DNA of 64,000 nucleotides from Octopus bimaculoides. Lineage: Eukaryota. The notes under the pieces were generated by a model. It was not told the DNA's origin. It made no database searches and was given only the letters and a program-made list of their open reading frames with translations. Made by a program: the position numbers and the translations under genes. The first letter of the stretch is position 1; each line of letters begins with the position of its first letter. The DNA lies in the NCBI RefSeq assembly GCF_001194135.2, contig NC_068982.1, positions 95,874,798 to 95,938,797 of the forward strand. Direction: 5' to 3'. Of the stretch, positions 49,238 through 62,031 are shown one piece after another.

Positions 49238-51949
49238 CTGTTGAAATAAAAATAGTTCTTGAAAATTTAAATGATTGATGAAATTTGGTGGGGAAGAACT
49301 ACTAATGTCGCTACAGTTAGGGAGCTCTTATTTTGCCCCAGCTCAGCTCTGATCAAGGAGATCTATAATCAAAGGAGATCTAGTTGTAATCTAACAACTG
49401 CATCTTTCTATTAAAGCATAGTATTTCTAAGACTACACCCTCCAGTATGATCTTTCTTTTTTAAAAACACTAGAGTATGATTTGATGTAGATAAAACTGC
49501 TTTTTCTAACAGATTGAGCAATTACATACAGCCTTGTAGCTGGTTGATCTGTCAAATCCCCTATATGAATATCCATATCACCTTTGGAATAGGGACCATG
49601 TTTTAAATCCTAAATCTTAGAGCTAATAAAAGATATAGTAAAGACAAGGAAACATCTAGATTAAATGTGATCAAAAAGGAGAATAGTAGGGAGAGCAGCA
49701 CTTTTTGGATTGCAGTCTCTTGTATTACACTTCTCAGTCACATTGCCTTGAGCAAACATACATGTCTTAAGATAGTATTCTTTACACTTGCTTTGTACCC
49801 CTCTCATGCTTGTTACACTTTCAGGGGTGATTGGTGAGGGAGTAGAGATAATAGAGTGGTTGACAGGTCCTTTTAATCCAGTCTTGACAACTTTGATGTT
49901 ATTGTCATAATATGCACCCTGTACACGCTGTAAAAGGGTTAGCAAACAAGTGAAAAAAATATAGGATTGAAAGTACCTTTTAATTAACTTCTCTTGTGCC
50001 AGTGCCTTATTAAAAGTCATCCAGTACACTCTGTAAAGTGGTTGGCTATAGGAAGGGCATCCAACCATACTCCAAAACCTTAGTTTTGGAGTATGGCTCC
50101 ATAGTTTATAAGTGAAAAAAAAATGAGATTTTGAGGTGCCAAATCTAAAAAATGAATGGAACCCTTATAAAAATTTATTTTCTCACCTTCCAATAGCATT
50201 TTTGCCATTTCATTTTGTTAAATAAAGTACTAAATTCATTTTTAGTAAGTTTCATTTTATCCTACCACATGTGGATTTTCCTAGAAATTATGCTATACTT
50301 AATTATTAAATTGTGACAAAACCTTACGTAAGGGAAAAGAGCTTTCTTGGACATTTTGAATTTGCATTACAGAAATATATAAAGTAACATACAGTTATGA
50401 AAACAAATTTCAAAAAGTTCTATCTCACAGACTTGTGTAATAGTAATTTGGAAATATGAGAACTATGCAAATCTGAAATTAGAATTAGTAAAAAGTTCAG
50501 TGAAGAATTAAGTATGCAGATAGATGTATATCAGATTTTAGTCATCAGTCACCTTCATTTTATTATAGTTCTTAATACTATAACAAGAGTATGCCCATGG
50601 GAATTCCCATATACTGACAAACTAGTTCTCAGAGCTGAATCAGTCAGAAGCAGGGCCTAGAACTGAGAAGCATAAATGTTAACCTTAGGGTTTAGTTAGC
50701 AAGTAAGAATACAGAACTCTTCTGGCATCTAGGAAGTGGCTATGTTCAATATGCAGAAAAGGGATAGGAATTCTATACTAATAAACTGTAAGTGCACTAA
50801 AAGTGCAGTAGGATCTCAGGGAAGTAAACTGGGAAATAACAGACACACAGGAATAGTCAGTAATAAAAGCTCCTATGAAATGCAATTCTGCCATGACAGA
50901 TAGCTAAAATTGACAGTTTCTGTTACCAAGGTGACCTAATCAGCAGTGGAAACAGAAAGCATAGTAGTAAAAGCATGAATGGAGCAGTTGAAGTCAAGGG
51001 TACTATTAACTACTGGTAACAAAGGAGATAGCAAGTGACAGTAACAAGTGGTGAGAAGCTGTACTATGACACACACCTGTATAACTCATGTCATCAACAG
51101 AAAACAGATGTGAAATGATGATGACAATTATGGAACTCTCCAGCAGATTAATGCAAAACAGATATGCTAGCATCCATTAACATTCCATTCTAAGGCTTCA
51201 GTAATAAAATATAACCCGAATTAAAGCTTTTCAAACAAGGTCATGTTTATTTTTCTTTATTTTTTTTTGTTTTATTTAGATATTTTGTGTTAGTTTTTTT
51301 TTTTTTTTCCATCAGGGAAAAATGTAAATCTCTGTTCATTCTCTCTTTCTTTTTTATATTTTTTTATCTAGTATCTCCCTTCAACCACTTTTTTTTTGAT
51401 ACAGCACATCTAGTATCTCTCTTTCTCTCAAACTCTTTTTTGCACCTCCTACTATAGAACTGTCAGGTCTTTTTCCCTTTCTGTTTGGTACTTATTCTCT
51501 CTCCTCTCTCTAATTCTTTTGCTACCCCTCTTTCTTTCAAGTTTTCTCTAGCTCTCTCTCTCCATCTCATCATCTTCAGTCCCTAACACATCTTTGGCCC
51601 CTGCATGTTGTTTCTTCCTTTATTTTTCCCTACATAACCCTAACTATTACTCTTCTGTTCTTTCCCTCTCTGTCTCCTTAGTACCTTTCTCTCTCTCTCT
51701 CTCTCCCTACTCATACAAAGTAAAAGCATTATGTTATATGTGATGGTTTGCTGAATTACTATTCTGATCTTGATTCCTCCCACACACAAAGTTACATACA
51801 ATAGACCAAAACCCTTATCAAGAATAAAGTTAACCCTCAACCAATTTAACACTACAGAATGTAAAAGACCACCACCTTACATTTCCCCCGACTAACATTT
51901 ATCTTTTCTGTATTCCTTTCAGATTTATACCTATCTCTCTCTCTATCGC

Positions 51950-52270
51950 TCTGTCTTAGATTCCTTTGATATTGCTGCACCTCTTATGTGTCCATAGTTT
52001 ACTCTGGGTACATCTTATAGAGTTTCTACCTACACCTTTTCTACAGATTGAGCAGGGCCATCTACCTGAAGGGGTTTGTGGTTTGTCTACCTTTCTACTT
52101 ATTAGGACTTTGGTTTTAGCTAGGTTGACTCTAAGGCCCTTCGATTCTAATCCTTGCTTCCACACCTGAAACTTATCTAGTTCTGATAGTGACTCAGCAA
52201 TTAGAGCAAAGTCATCAGCATAGAAGAGCTCCCAGGGGCAGCCTGTCTTGAATTCCTGCGTTATTGACTG
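51950..52270 (-). mobile_element. RTE LINE RT fragment, same family as 12403-13590
   Basis: QSITQEFKTGCPWELFYADDFALIAESL...; near-identical DNA to about 12710-13030. Confidence 0.9.
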
Positions 52271-53351
52271 AATTCCTGATATATACATATATATATCTTT
52301 TATTTGTTTCAGTCATTGGGCTACAGCCATACTGGGGCACCACCTTGAAGGGTTTAATTGAACAAACTGGCCTCAGTACTTTTTCAAAATGTCTTGTACT
52401 TATTCTATTGCTCTCTTCTGCTGGACCACTAGGTTACAGGGATGTAAACAAGCCAACACCAGTTGTCAAGCAGTGATGGGCAACAAACACAAGCACAAAG
52501 ACATATATATATATATTTCACTTAGGCCATTGTGGTACTAATAACTGTGTGTTAGAATTCAATATATATGTAAGCTTCAGAACAAAACATCAGTTGAATA
52601 CAGAGAGGTAATATGAAATTAAGATGATAAAGGAATAAATAATTACCTTATGAACCTCATTAGCTTGCAGCTGTTTCTGCTATAAGATTCAATAGACTCA
52701 TAGTTGAGTGACTGAATATCACCTTATAGCTTCATCAGAGCTTCAAACATGATGATGCAGTTATATGGTAATACTTAGATACTCAAAAATAAGTCCATTG
52801 CATCTTATACCAGTAGTCATAAGCTAATGAAGTTCATAAGATAATTATTTATTCCTTTGACATTTCAGTTTCTTATATATATATAAAACAGATTAAATGA
52901 TGATAATTTACATTTGATAGCTGTACCAGCATTATGCACATCTACATATTCATGAAAGCCACCAGCTCTTAGATAGTATGGAACTTTATGACATTGGTTA
53001 TTCAGTAACGAATATTCTAACACCATCTAATGAGATTTACTCAGCCTGTTTAAAGCTCAAACAAGGAGTATTATGCTTTGTTTACAAATTAACTTTATAT
53101 AGAGAGAAAGAGCTCTGAACAAAAAGCTCTAAATACAAGTTCTCAACATTAACTTTTTTGAGGATTTTTGTAGACTCTTGTATCTGAATACATTTCTTGA
53201 TGTATTTTGTAAAAGATCTAAAAGAAAAGAAAAAAAATAAACATACATTCTCAGACTACATTTCTTTTCCCTCTAGATAAAATTTCTCATTCTACAAAAT
53301 CTTTACCAAAATTAAACTTCTTTTCTCCAATCTGTCTCTACCTTCCTCTCT

Positions 53352-53397
<46 letters not shown>

Positions 53398-53406
53398 ACG
53401 CGCGTA

Positions 53407-53891
53407 CAGGGTGCGATAGATAACTTGTCACCATTTTATATTGTTAATTTCACACATGCACATTGTCTGTTTTTGATTTTGTCAACTATACAGTATAGTA
53501 GGGTCAGTTGAGCACTGTCTGTGAGAAAAACAGCATCATGACACAATTCACTCTGCTAGAAATTTGAAAACAAGCTGTACCACTTGGCATTCACATCGGA
53601 AGCTCCAATATGAACATTTCAGAGTGTTTGAGTGTCAATTTGAAGACAGTGCAATCTGAGGACATGAACCAAGAGTGATAAAAATGAAACATCCAGTCAA
53701 CATCATGATGTTTAGGGTGATCACTAGTGATGGTGACATTATGCCTCCATTCATCTTCCCACACAGCCTCAGACTCAACACAGAAGCCTACATCAAGTGC
53801 CTGGGGGAGGTAGTGCTACCCCGGGTCAAGAGATGTCAGTGTTATTTTCATTTGTGCGTACTTTAGACAACAGTTTATTCACCGCACCCTG
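53407..53891 (+). mobile_element. Internally deleted non-autonomous derivative of the maT element
   Basis: TA|CAGGGTGCG ... CGCACCCTG|TA; retains the 5' part and the KHPVNIMMFRVITSDGDIMPPFIFPH segment of 24470-25752. Confidence 0.88.
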
Positions 53892-54315
53892 TACAGGTGT
53901 GTGCTTGCGTAGATATATNNNNNNNNNNNNNNNNNNNNNNNNNNNNNNNNNNNNNNNNNNNNNNNNNNNNNNNNNNNNNNNNNNNNNNNNNNNNNNNNNN
54001 NNNNNNNNNNNNNNNNNNNNNNNNNNNNNNNNNNNNNNNNNNNNNNNNNNNNNNNNNNNNNNNNNNNNNNNNNNNNNNNNNNNNNNNNNNNNNNNNNNNN
54101 NNNNNNNNNNNNNNNNNNNNNNNNNNNNNNNNNNNNNNNNNNNNNNNNNNNNNNNNNNNNNNNNNNNNNNNNNNNNNNNNNNNNNNNNNNNNNNNNNNNN
54201 NNNNNNNNNNNNNNNNNNNNNNNNNNNNNNNNNNNNNNNNNNNNNNNNNNNNNNNNNNNNNNNNNNNNNNNNNNNNNNNNNNNNNNNNNNNNNNNNNNNN
54301 NNNNNNNNNNNNNNN

Positions 54316-54497
54316 TGTTTCAGTCATTTGACTGTGGCCATGCTGGAGCACCGCCTTTAGTCGAGCAATCGATCCCAGGACTTATTCTTTGGATGCCTAG
54401 TACTCATTCTATCAGTCTCTTTTGCCAAACCGCTAAGTTACGGGGACGTAAACACACCAGCATCGGTTGTCAAGCGAAGTTGGGGGGACAAACATAT

Positions 54498-54528
<31 letters not shown>

Positions 54529-54638
54529 CATATATACGACAGGCTTCTTTCAGTTTCCGTCTACCAAATCCACTCACAAGGCTTTGGTCAGCCCGAGGCT
54601 ATAGTAGAAGACACTTGCCCAAGATGCCACGCAGTGGG
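54316..54638 (-). mobile_element. SINE family B copy, 5'-truncated; its 3' end runs into an N-gap
   Basis: Matches 8125-8529 and 60378-60769. Confidence 0.85.
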
Positions 54639-55461
54639 AATTTTAATAATATTTATATTTTCATGCATATTTTTTTCACTGATCTTGGTTCTGATTATGA
54701 CTGAGTAAACAGGCAGAGATGTAGTGGGTATTTTAAAATTTAGCTGTTCATGAAAGATTCAACTGATGGATAACCAATCAGATTTCCACTCACACACGTG
54801 ATCTGAAGAGTTTGAAACTGCAGTATTGAGTTATTCTTTATTCCTCTAATAGTCTCCGTAGAGGTAAGACAGAATTTTCCTATATTCACCGCCTGCACAC
54901 ATCTCTGCCTGTAAATATTCAGTGAAGCTCTACATAGCACCATAAACTTACAGGCTGCTATTTCTAGCAACGATCGTACTTCGTGCACACCTGCTATATA
55001 TATTTATAATTTTACCTATATGATGCTTTATTCTTGCTGGATATTAATATCATTAATATTATTTTTATAATATTTATATTTTTATGTATGTGTGTGTGTG
55101 TGTGTGTGTGTCCAATTCATTCCCTCTACCGCACTAAGGTTTTCATACAATCTCTCTATTGTGATATATTTATTAATTACTTTTTTGATTTCCAAGGAAC
55201 AAGCTGTTAAATAATAGCTAAGTGAAAAACGTTCTTATTTTTTATTTCCTTCACTTTTGGCAATTATTTTTAGTTAGCTCTTCACAGAACCCAATATAAA
55301 TGTCTTTTTTTTTTGTTCCCAAATCATGTTTCTTTGCCTCTGGATAAGATTTCTAGCTCATTCAACAATAAAATGTTTGTCTCAGATAGTTTTCTTCATT
55401 CTAGCTCTATCACATGTGTTCTCCTTTCTTCTCGTTATCTCTATCTTTTTCCCTCTCCCAG

Positions 55462-55522
<61 letters not shown>

Positions 55523-56419
55523 GTGTTTCTCATCTGCTCTCACATCCACTAACTTTGCCATTCACTTTTTTGGCTTCAAGGGAATGACATGCTGTTTAAT
55601 AATAGTTAAGTGAAAACATTCCAATTTTCTATTTCCTTCGCCATGAGCAATTACTACAATTAATCAATTAACTCTTAAGAATTGTCATCTTGACTTTAGT
55701 TTGCTCTTCAGAGCACAAATACAAATGTCCTTGTTCCCACCACTACAACTGCCTGTCCAACTCCCACTCCCACATTCTGTAAAGTCTACCATGGTGCATT
55801 CTCTTGGTAACTAGCAGTATGGAGTCAATCTTGTTCTAAGAGTGCAAACACAGGCTCCTCACCCAACATTTACATACAATCATGGAGGGATGTGATTTAG
55901 TGGTTGTAAGATTGTAAGATTGCGGTTTCAATTCTTGGACCACAAACCTTTATTTCATGTTGTACAGTCCATTCAGCAAGCAAAAAATAGTGATCTTGTA
56001 ATGGACTGATATCCCATTATTAACATGAACTTTTGGATTGTGTGTATATGCGTGTGTGTATATGCGTGTGTGTATGTGTGTGTGTATGTGTGTGTGTGTG
56101 TGTATGTCCTTGTCTTGAGATCATTTGTATTGGGGCTGAATGTGAGATCATGTGGCTACAAAGCAAACTTTTCAACCACACAGCCATATCTGTACCCATA
56201 GCCATTCCCCCCACTCTCTCTTTCTCTTTGTTTTTGAAAAGCTGAAATAGTAAAAAAAATGCTTAACACAACACACAAATTTCTTTCCATAGGTTTGTAT
56301 CATTCTGGTTTTTTAAGTTTTTTCCTTATATAATTAATATTTTTTTATTTAAGAAGATCTTCTTTCAAAAACTGTAACTATCAAAAATGTTTTCTAAAAA
56401 TTTGTGTGTGTGTGTATAT

Positions 56420-56710
56420 CTCATCATCATTGTTTAATGTCTTCTTTCCATGCTGGCATGGGTTGGATGGTTTGGCAGGAGCCTGCGCCATGCTTCTGTG
56501 TCTGTTTTGGCATGGTTTTTACGGCTGGATGCCCTTCCTAACACCAACCACCCAGCAGAGTGGACTGAGTGCTTTTTACTTGGCACAAGCACAGGTGAGG
56601 TCAGTTTGGCATGGTTTTTACAGCTGGATGCCCTTTCAAATGCCAACCACTTTACAGTGTGGACTGGGTGCTTTTTAAGTGACACCAGCACTGGCAGGGT
56701 CACCAAGTAA
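56420..56710 (-). mobile_element. Family-C-like element with internal tandem repeats of GCATGGTTTTTACxGCTGGATGCCCTT
   Basis: Reverse complement of the AAGGGCATCCAGCTGTAGAAA tail motif seen at about 47750 and 58030. Confidence 0.6.
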
Positions 56711-56966
56711 CCTGAGAGAGGAGGGGCATTGGAGGAGGGGCATTGGAGGAGGGGATCTTGTGTCAGATGATGAAAAGTTATAGTGAGACAGAGGGACAGA
56801 AACATGAGACTTGCTGTAGGGGAGGTACATGGTTACCTGGCCAGAGACAGACAGACAGACAGATATAAAACAAGTAGTTGTGTTATGCAGATACAGTCAT
56901 TGCCATACATACACAACAAATTCTCAAATAAACCACAACAGATGCAGCACAAAGCAATGCACTTAC

Positions 56967-57091
56967 TCAGAAATTGAGAACGTTGTACAGCTGGAATGAT
57001 ATCTATACATTAGTAAATCACTATTTACTCTTATTACTCTGCCCTTTAAGTCCAGATGTTTATAGAAAAATATCAGGTCCTCAGGTGTTCC
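56967..57091 (-). CDS. B3GNTL1: B3GNTL1/QTGAL exon: GTPEDLIFFYKHLDLKGRVIRVNSDLLMYRYHSSCTTFSIS(E)
   Basis: TTTTTAG acceptor and GA|GTAAGT donor; phase 0-2. Contains the GT2 catalytic PEDL motif and YRxH. Confidence 0.95.
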
Positions 57092-57256
57092 CTAAAAATG
57101 AGAAAATAACAAACACAAATAGGTAAATGTTACAATAAAAACATTATAGCTGAAATAATCTTTTTTGTTTCCTCTATGTATTGAATCAATGAAGAAGCTT
57201 CTATACGGTTGTGTGAACAGTCAGAAATATTAGCAAAGCTTTTTCTCAAATCACAT

Positions 57257-57606
57257 ACTAGAGTAAAAGAGTAAAGGGTAAAGACTCCCTCCAATCATGA
57301 TTGACCACTGCACCTAGAAAGTTCCCCTCCAAGGCACTCTCTAGGCAAGTGTCTTTATGGAAGACCAGCAGTCGCCCATGCATACCAGCCTCCCCTCTCC
57401 ATGCCACTGATGTTATCCAAGGGAAAGGCAAAAGTTTATACAGCTTGATACCAGTGATGTCGCAACTCACTTCTGGAGCTGAGTGAACTGGAGCAATGTA
57501 AAATAAAGTGTCTTGCTCAAGAACACAACACATACAGCCCAGTCCAGGAATTGAACTCACTACCTCACGATTGTGGGCCCAACACTCTAACCACTGAGCC
57601 ATGCAC
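57257..57606 (-). mobile_element. tRNA-headed SINE, family D
   Basis: Head GTGCATGGCTCAGTGGTTAGAG...GAGTTCAATTCC (A/B boxes) and core CTTGAGCAAGACACTT; AAATCACAT occurs on both flanks. Confidence 0.75.
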
Positions 57607-57954
57607 TTTCAAAATCACATTTCAAAAAGAAATACACATTACATAATGTAGTCCAAGATATAAATCAGTAAAAGATAATCACTGATGGGAATCTTTTGAT
57701 CACAGATCTGCTCGATCAACATTGTACATGGTATTAATATCAAAAACAACTGTTTTGCATCAATTCCTTCATTTTCAGCCATCTCCAGTAGCCTATTCCT
57801 AGTCATGTACATAATTCAAGGCTGAATATGAATTCAGAACTCAAATTTCTAACATAAGTTTTCAGTCATTCCAAGCCACGCAGCTAGCACAATCTTGATG
57901 GTATAGTAATTAAGAGCTACAGGTCTTGATACATTTGCTGTGTTAATGGTGGTC

Positions 57955-58168
57955 CGCACTGTGTGACTGGCCCTCGTGCCGGTGGCACATAAAAGCACAC
58001 ACTACACTCTCGGAGTGGTTGGTGTTAGGAAGGGCATCCAGCTGTAGAAACTCTGCCAGATCAGATTGGAGCCTGGTGCAGCCTTCTGGTTCACCAGTCC
58101 TGAATCAAATCGTCCAACCCATGCTAGCATGGAAAGCAGACGTTAAACGATGATGATGATGATGATGA
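57955..58168 (+). mobile_element. Family-C element 3' fragment with (GAT)n tail
   Basis: High identity to 47680-47882. Confidence 0.8.
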
Positions 58169-59169
58169 CTGAGCCTGAGTAACATCCCACAATTAGCTTC
58201 AGAGTAATATGCATGCAGCATTTACGCATATCATGGTATGAGGACTCTATTATCGCTCTACATGTAGCTTTCTAAAGTTGTTGTATCATAACTTGAGTCA
58301 ACACATTGCACAAGAGCACAATCACGACCAACAATGTTAACACCACATCATCACCAGAAGTGGTATGCACTAAAGGCTGATCATGAATCCCTATGATGGA
58401 GTTCCCTAATGACCAATGGTGACAGCACAGATTAGCAAAAATAAGGACAAGTAGTACAGAAGGAACAGTTATTTAAGCAATTATATTTAAATAGCCAGTT
58501 TAGAGAAATCCATATTACCAGTATGTAATTAACTTCTTTGTACACTTCTTTTATGTTTTTTTTTTTACTTTAAATTTCTATGCCTTTTCAGGCACATGCA
58601 TTTGCTTGTCTGACTTCTTGTTTAATTTGTTTGTTTGTCTCTTGTTTGCCTCATAATTTTACTCTTGTTATAGTCTGTATTTCCCTATCTATACCTTTAC
58701 ACTATACAGAATAAATCACCACTACTTCATGGAGTGATCATGACCACCAGTATTTCGTCTGCTTTTTTCTTAAATCTTCTGGTTTTTATCATACTACATT
58801 ACACTGCATTGAAGCTTATCTCACTTCTCAAAGAATATCCCACTCCCTCTGGAAAGAACATTAATTTACTAGATTTTCTCATTGTATGACTTGAACCAGC
58901 ACTTCAAGACAATGAAACACATCAGTTATAGGGAGCCTTTCACACTAACCTCAGTGAGCGATGTCTCTTTACAATATTCATCTATAGCTAAATGGACTGA
59001 GCAATTCAGATTCAAATATCTTACCAGAAACACAAAGCAACACGGGTAACAGAATAAGAAACATTGACCATTTGATAGTTAGGTTAAAAACCTATCCACC
59101 CATCAGTCAACCATCTTTTCTACAGTCATGCAAAAATAGTTGAAGAAAGAAAGAAAGAATAATCCTTAC

Positions 59170-59265
59170 TTGACCATCTTCTGAAAAGCCACCGACTTTG
59201 TCAAATAATTCTCGAGAGCAAAACCAAGTTGGCATGGCAATTGTGGGACCATGGGAAGTAAAAAT
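59170..59265 (-). CDS. B3GNTL1: B3GNTL1/QTGAL exon: IFTSHGPTIAMPTWFCSRELFDKVGGFSEDGQ
   Basis: TTTATAG acceptor and CAA|GTAAGG donor. Contains the GPTxxMPTWFCSR motif. Confidence 0.95.
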
Positions 59266-60131
59266 CTATAAACATTATAAGCTTAATGACAGAAAGATGC
59301 TATATACACATAACATAATAATAATTTCTTAATGGAGCAAGTATCTTTCTATATACAAGGTTAGGTAAGTGGAAAGTCGTAGAGTTTATACCTTTCCCAA
59401 AAATATTTACTCAGTGAAGGCATTTACCATAAACAAATAAAAATTAGCATGAACTCAGCAACTGGTTAACCACAAATAAGGTAACAGATTCTTTTCTTAA
59501 GCTCTTATGGTTTTGTTTGTTATTTCAGCAGAAACAGGAAACTCGTAAAGAATACAATAGTTTTGATTTTATCAAAATATGGTACAGGGGATTTCTTTTT
59601 GACCAAATATGAAAACCCCATGTTTTCGAGGAAGCATCAATGGAAAGTGTAACGTTCATGCTTTTCTCAAAGGAGTGTAAGGGAAGTGATATGGTTTCAT
59701 CAGAGGACTAAAACCAGTTTACTATCTTGGCTCCCCAGGAGTTTACTTCTTGTTCAAAGGTGCTGGCTCTGGTATTGATTATAGTGATTGGTAAGGAAAA
59801 AAGTACTAGGTTTTCAGAGTAAATATTTTTCCCACTTATTTTTTTCGTTTGTTTGAATTAAGTGGTAAAACAAAAAACAAACAAAAGCAATTATTTTTTT
59901 CATCTTGCTAAACAAAGGGCAGATTGAAAAGTATGACTTTTATTAAGTTACAAAGTAATACCAGTGGTTAAATTTGAACTCAAATGAAGGCACGTAGTTG
60001 GCATTGATGTATTGTGGAATCATAGAGAGTATTTAACAAGTTAACATATATGTACTTCTGATTAGAAGGAATTAATCATCTGATGAACAGTTACCACATG
60101 AGAAGCAGATAAATACATTATAATCCTTCAC

Positions 60132-60227
60132 CTGGGTTTGAAGTTGTTCCTCATTTAATGTGTTTGCCCACAATGTAAAACGTTTCATTGAATCTGATGG
60201 TTCTCGGTGGAAACGGCTTCCAATAAG
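60132..60227 (-). CDS. B3GNTL1: B3GNTL1/QTGAL exon: LIGSRFHREPSDSMKRFTLWANTLNEEQLQTQ
   Basis: CTCTAG acceptor and CAG|GTGAAG donor; phase 0-0. Aligns to the recalled [32 protein letters not shown]. Confidence 0.9.
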
Positions 60228-60377
60228 CTAGAGGGTAAGAAAAATTATAAGGCATAAATAATGATAAAATATCAAGCAAAACTGGTTTTTTGACATAATG
60301 GCACAAACTGAGAAGTAGGTCCTTACAGATTTTGGTTTGAAGTCCTCTAAGTTGCAGCTTTACTCTTTCAGAGAAAA

Positions 60378-60769
60378 TACTCTTTTACTCTTTTACTTGT
60401 TTCAGTCTTTTGACTGTGGCCATGCTGGAGCACCGCCTTTAGTCGAGCAAATCGACCCCAGGACTTATTCTTTGTAAGCCTAGTACTTATTCTATCGGTC
60501 TATTTTGTCAAACTGCTAAGTTACGGGGACGTAAACACACCAGCATCGGTTGTCAAGCGATGTTGGGGGGACAAACACAAACACACATATATATATACAT
60601 ATATACGACAGGCTTCTTTCAGTTTCCGTCTACCAAATCCACTCCCAAGGCTTTGATCAGCCCGAGGCTATAGCAGAAGACACTTGCCCAAGATGCCACG
60701 TAGTGGGACTGAACCCGGAACCATGTGGTTGGTAAGCAAGCTACTTACCACACAGCCACTCCTACGCCT
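60378..60769 (-). mobile_element. SINE family B, full-length copy
   Basis: Matches 8125-8529; intact head and tail. Confidence 0.88.
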
Positions 60770-61795
60770 ATACTGTTGATATTCTAATGGTTAAATAGCC
60801 CAGATCAGCTTCAATTGAAGAGATTTAAGATAGTGTTTTTTGGTCATTGCCAACTCATTTTCCTTTTTAAATTTAATTCAAGTTTTTACTAAAATTTTAG
60901 ACTTAAATATATACTTTTCATTTTAAAATCTGTTGTTGTTAAATTCTGAGTCAAATCTGATTAAACAGAACTGTACAATTCACCAGCTTTTCCCTGCTAC
61001 TATTTTTATCCTTCTTATTACCTAAAACCATTTCATTTGTTAGCCATCCTTCATTCTTAATACTGTCCCTTCCTCATCATTCCCTATCTTCTGAACCCCC
61101 CCTTTTTCTGCACTGCCAGTCATTTCCTATTCTCTCCCCAGCCACCCCCAACTTATATACCACATTGGTCAACCACCCTCCCACCCCTTATCCACCCCTC
61201 AACCCTACCCAATTTCTACCACTGTCTCCAACCTACTCTCCCTGACCTTCGCTACTTACCATCCCTTAACACCTGTTTTTTTTTATTATATTCACACCCT
61301 AATCCATTTCCTCACTTGTCCATACTCTTGCAACCTCTATGCACATCCACTTCCTGTCCCCACTCAAGAATCCACCCTGACATCTCATCACCACTATTTT
61401 ATCTCTTTCCAATTCCATGGTCACTCCCATCATCTCTTTTATAATGTTATTAGCCATATAGCTCTTCAAAAGCAAGAAACCTCTTCTGCTCTAGCCCCTT
61501 CTCTCATACTTTAACCTTTCATCTCCTACTATAATGCCATCTCCCTCTCTACGGTAGCCCCATTGAGTTGAAGGGAATCTTGATTTGTTTTACAAGCTTC
61601 ATGACAACCTCACTAGGGCTGGTATCACAAATAAAGCACCCCCACCCCCGTACACTCTGTAAAGTGGTTGGCATTAGGAAGTACATCCAGCTGCAGAAAC
61701 CATATCAAAGCAGAAATTGGAACACAATGCAGTTTTTGGACAGTTTGGCATGTCAAACTGTTCTATTCATGCTAGCATAGAATAGAGACATTAAA

Positions 61796-61892
61796 TGATG
61801 ATGATGATACTGATGATGATGATACTGATGATGATGATACTGATGATGACGATGACAACGATAATGATTATGATGATGATTGTGATGATGAT
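61796..61892 (+). repeat. Expanded (GAT)n/(GATGATACT) tail of a decayed family-C element starting at about 61620
   Basis: Directly visible; it produces the poly-Ile ORF on the minus strand. Confidence 0.8.
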
Positions 61893-61965
61893 AAGTGTCA
61901 TAGAAATGTGTTTTTCAGAGGGGATGAAAAAGTATAGTTTAACTGAGTGAAAGACTTCTACATAC

Positions 61966-62031
61966 ACACTCTGGATGTTCAAAGGCAGCATTGTATTGAA
62001 TTTGTACTCGTTCTACATTCATGACATCATC
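61966..62031 (-). CDS. B3GNTL1: B3GNTL1/QTGAL exon (first in window): DDVMNVERVQIQYNAAFEHPEC
   Basis: TTTCAG acceptor and GTATGT donor; phase 0-0. Aligns to the recalled human [22 protein letters not shown] (second half of the GT2 DxD region). Confidence 0.88.

Noticed and set aside
49661-50068. 135-aa minus-strand ORF with a signal-peptide-like hydrophobic stretch
   Set aside because: It begins in a decayed family-C repeat tail, has no recognisable domain and no supporting splice sites; probably chance.
55195-55740. Degenerate direct repeat (GCTGTTxAATAATAGxTAAGTGAAAA...) about 390 bp apart around a CT microsatellite
   Set aside because: Old local duplication with no functional clue.
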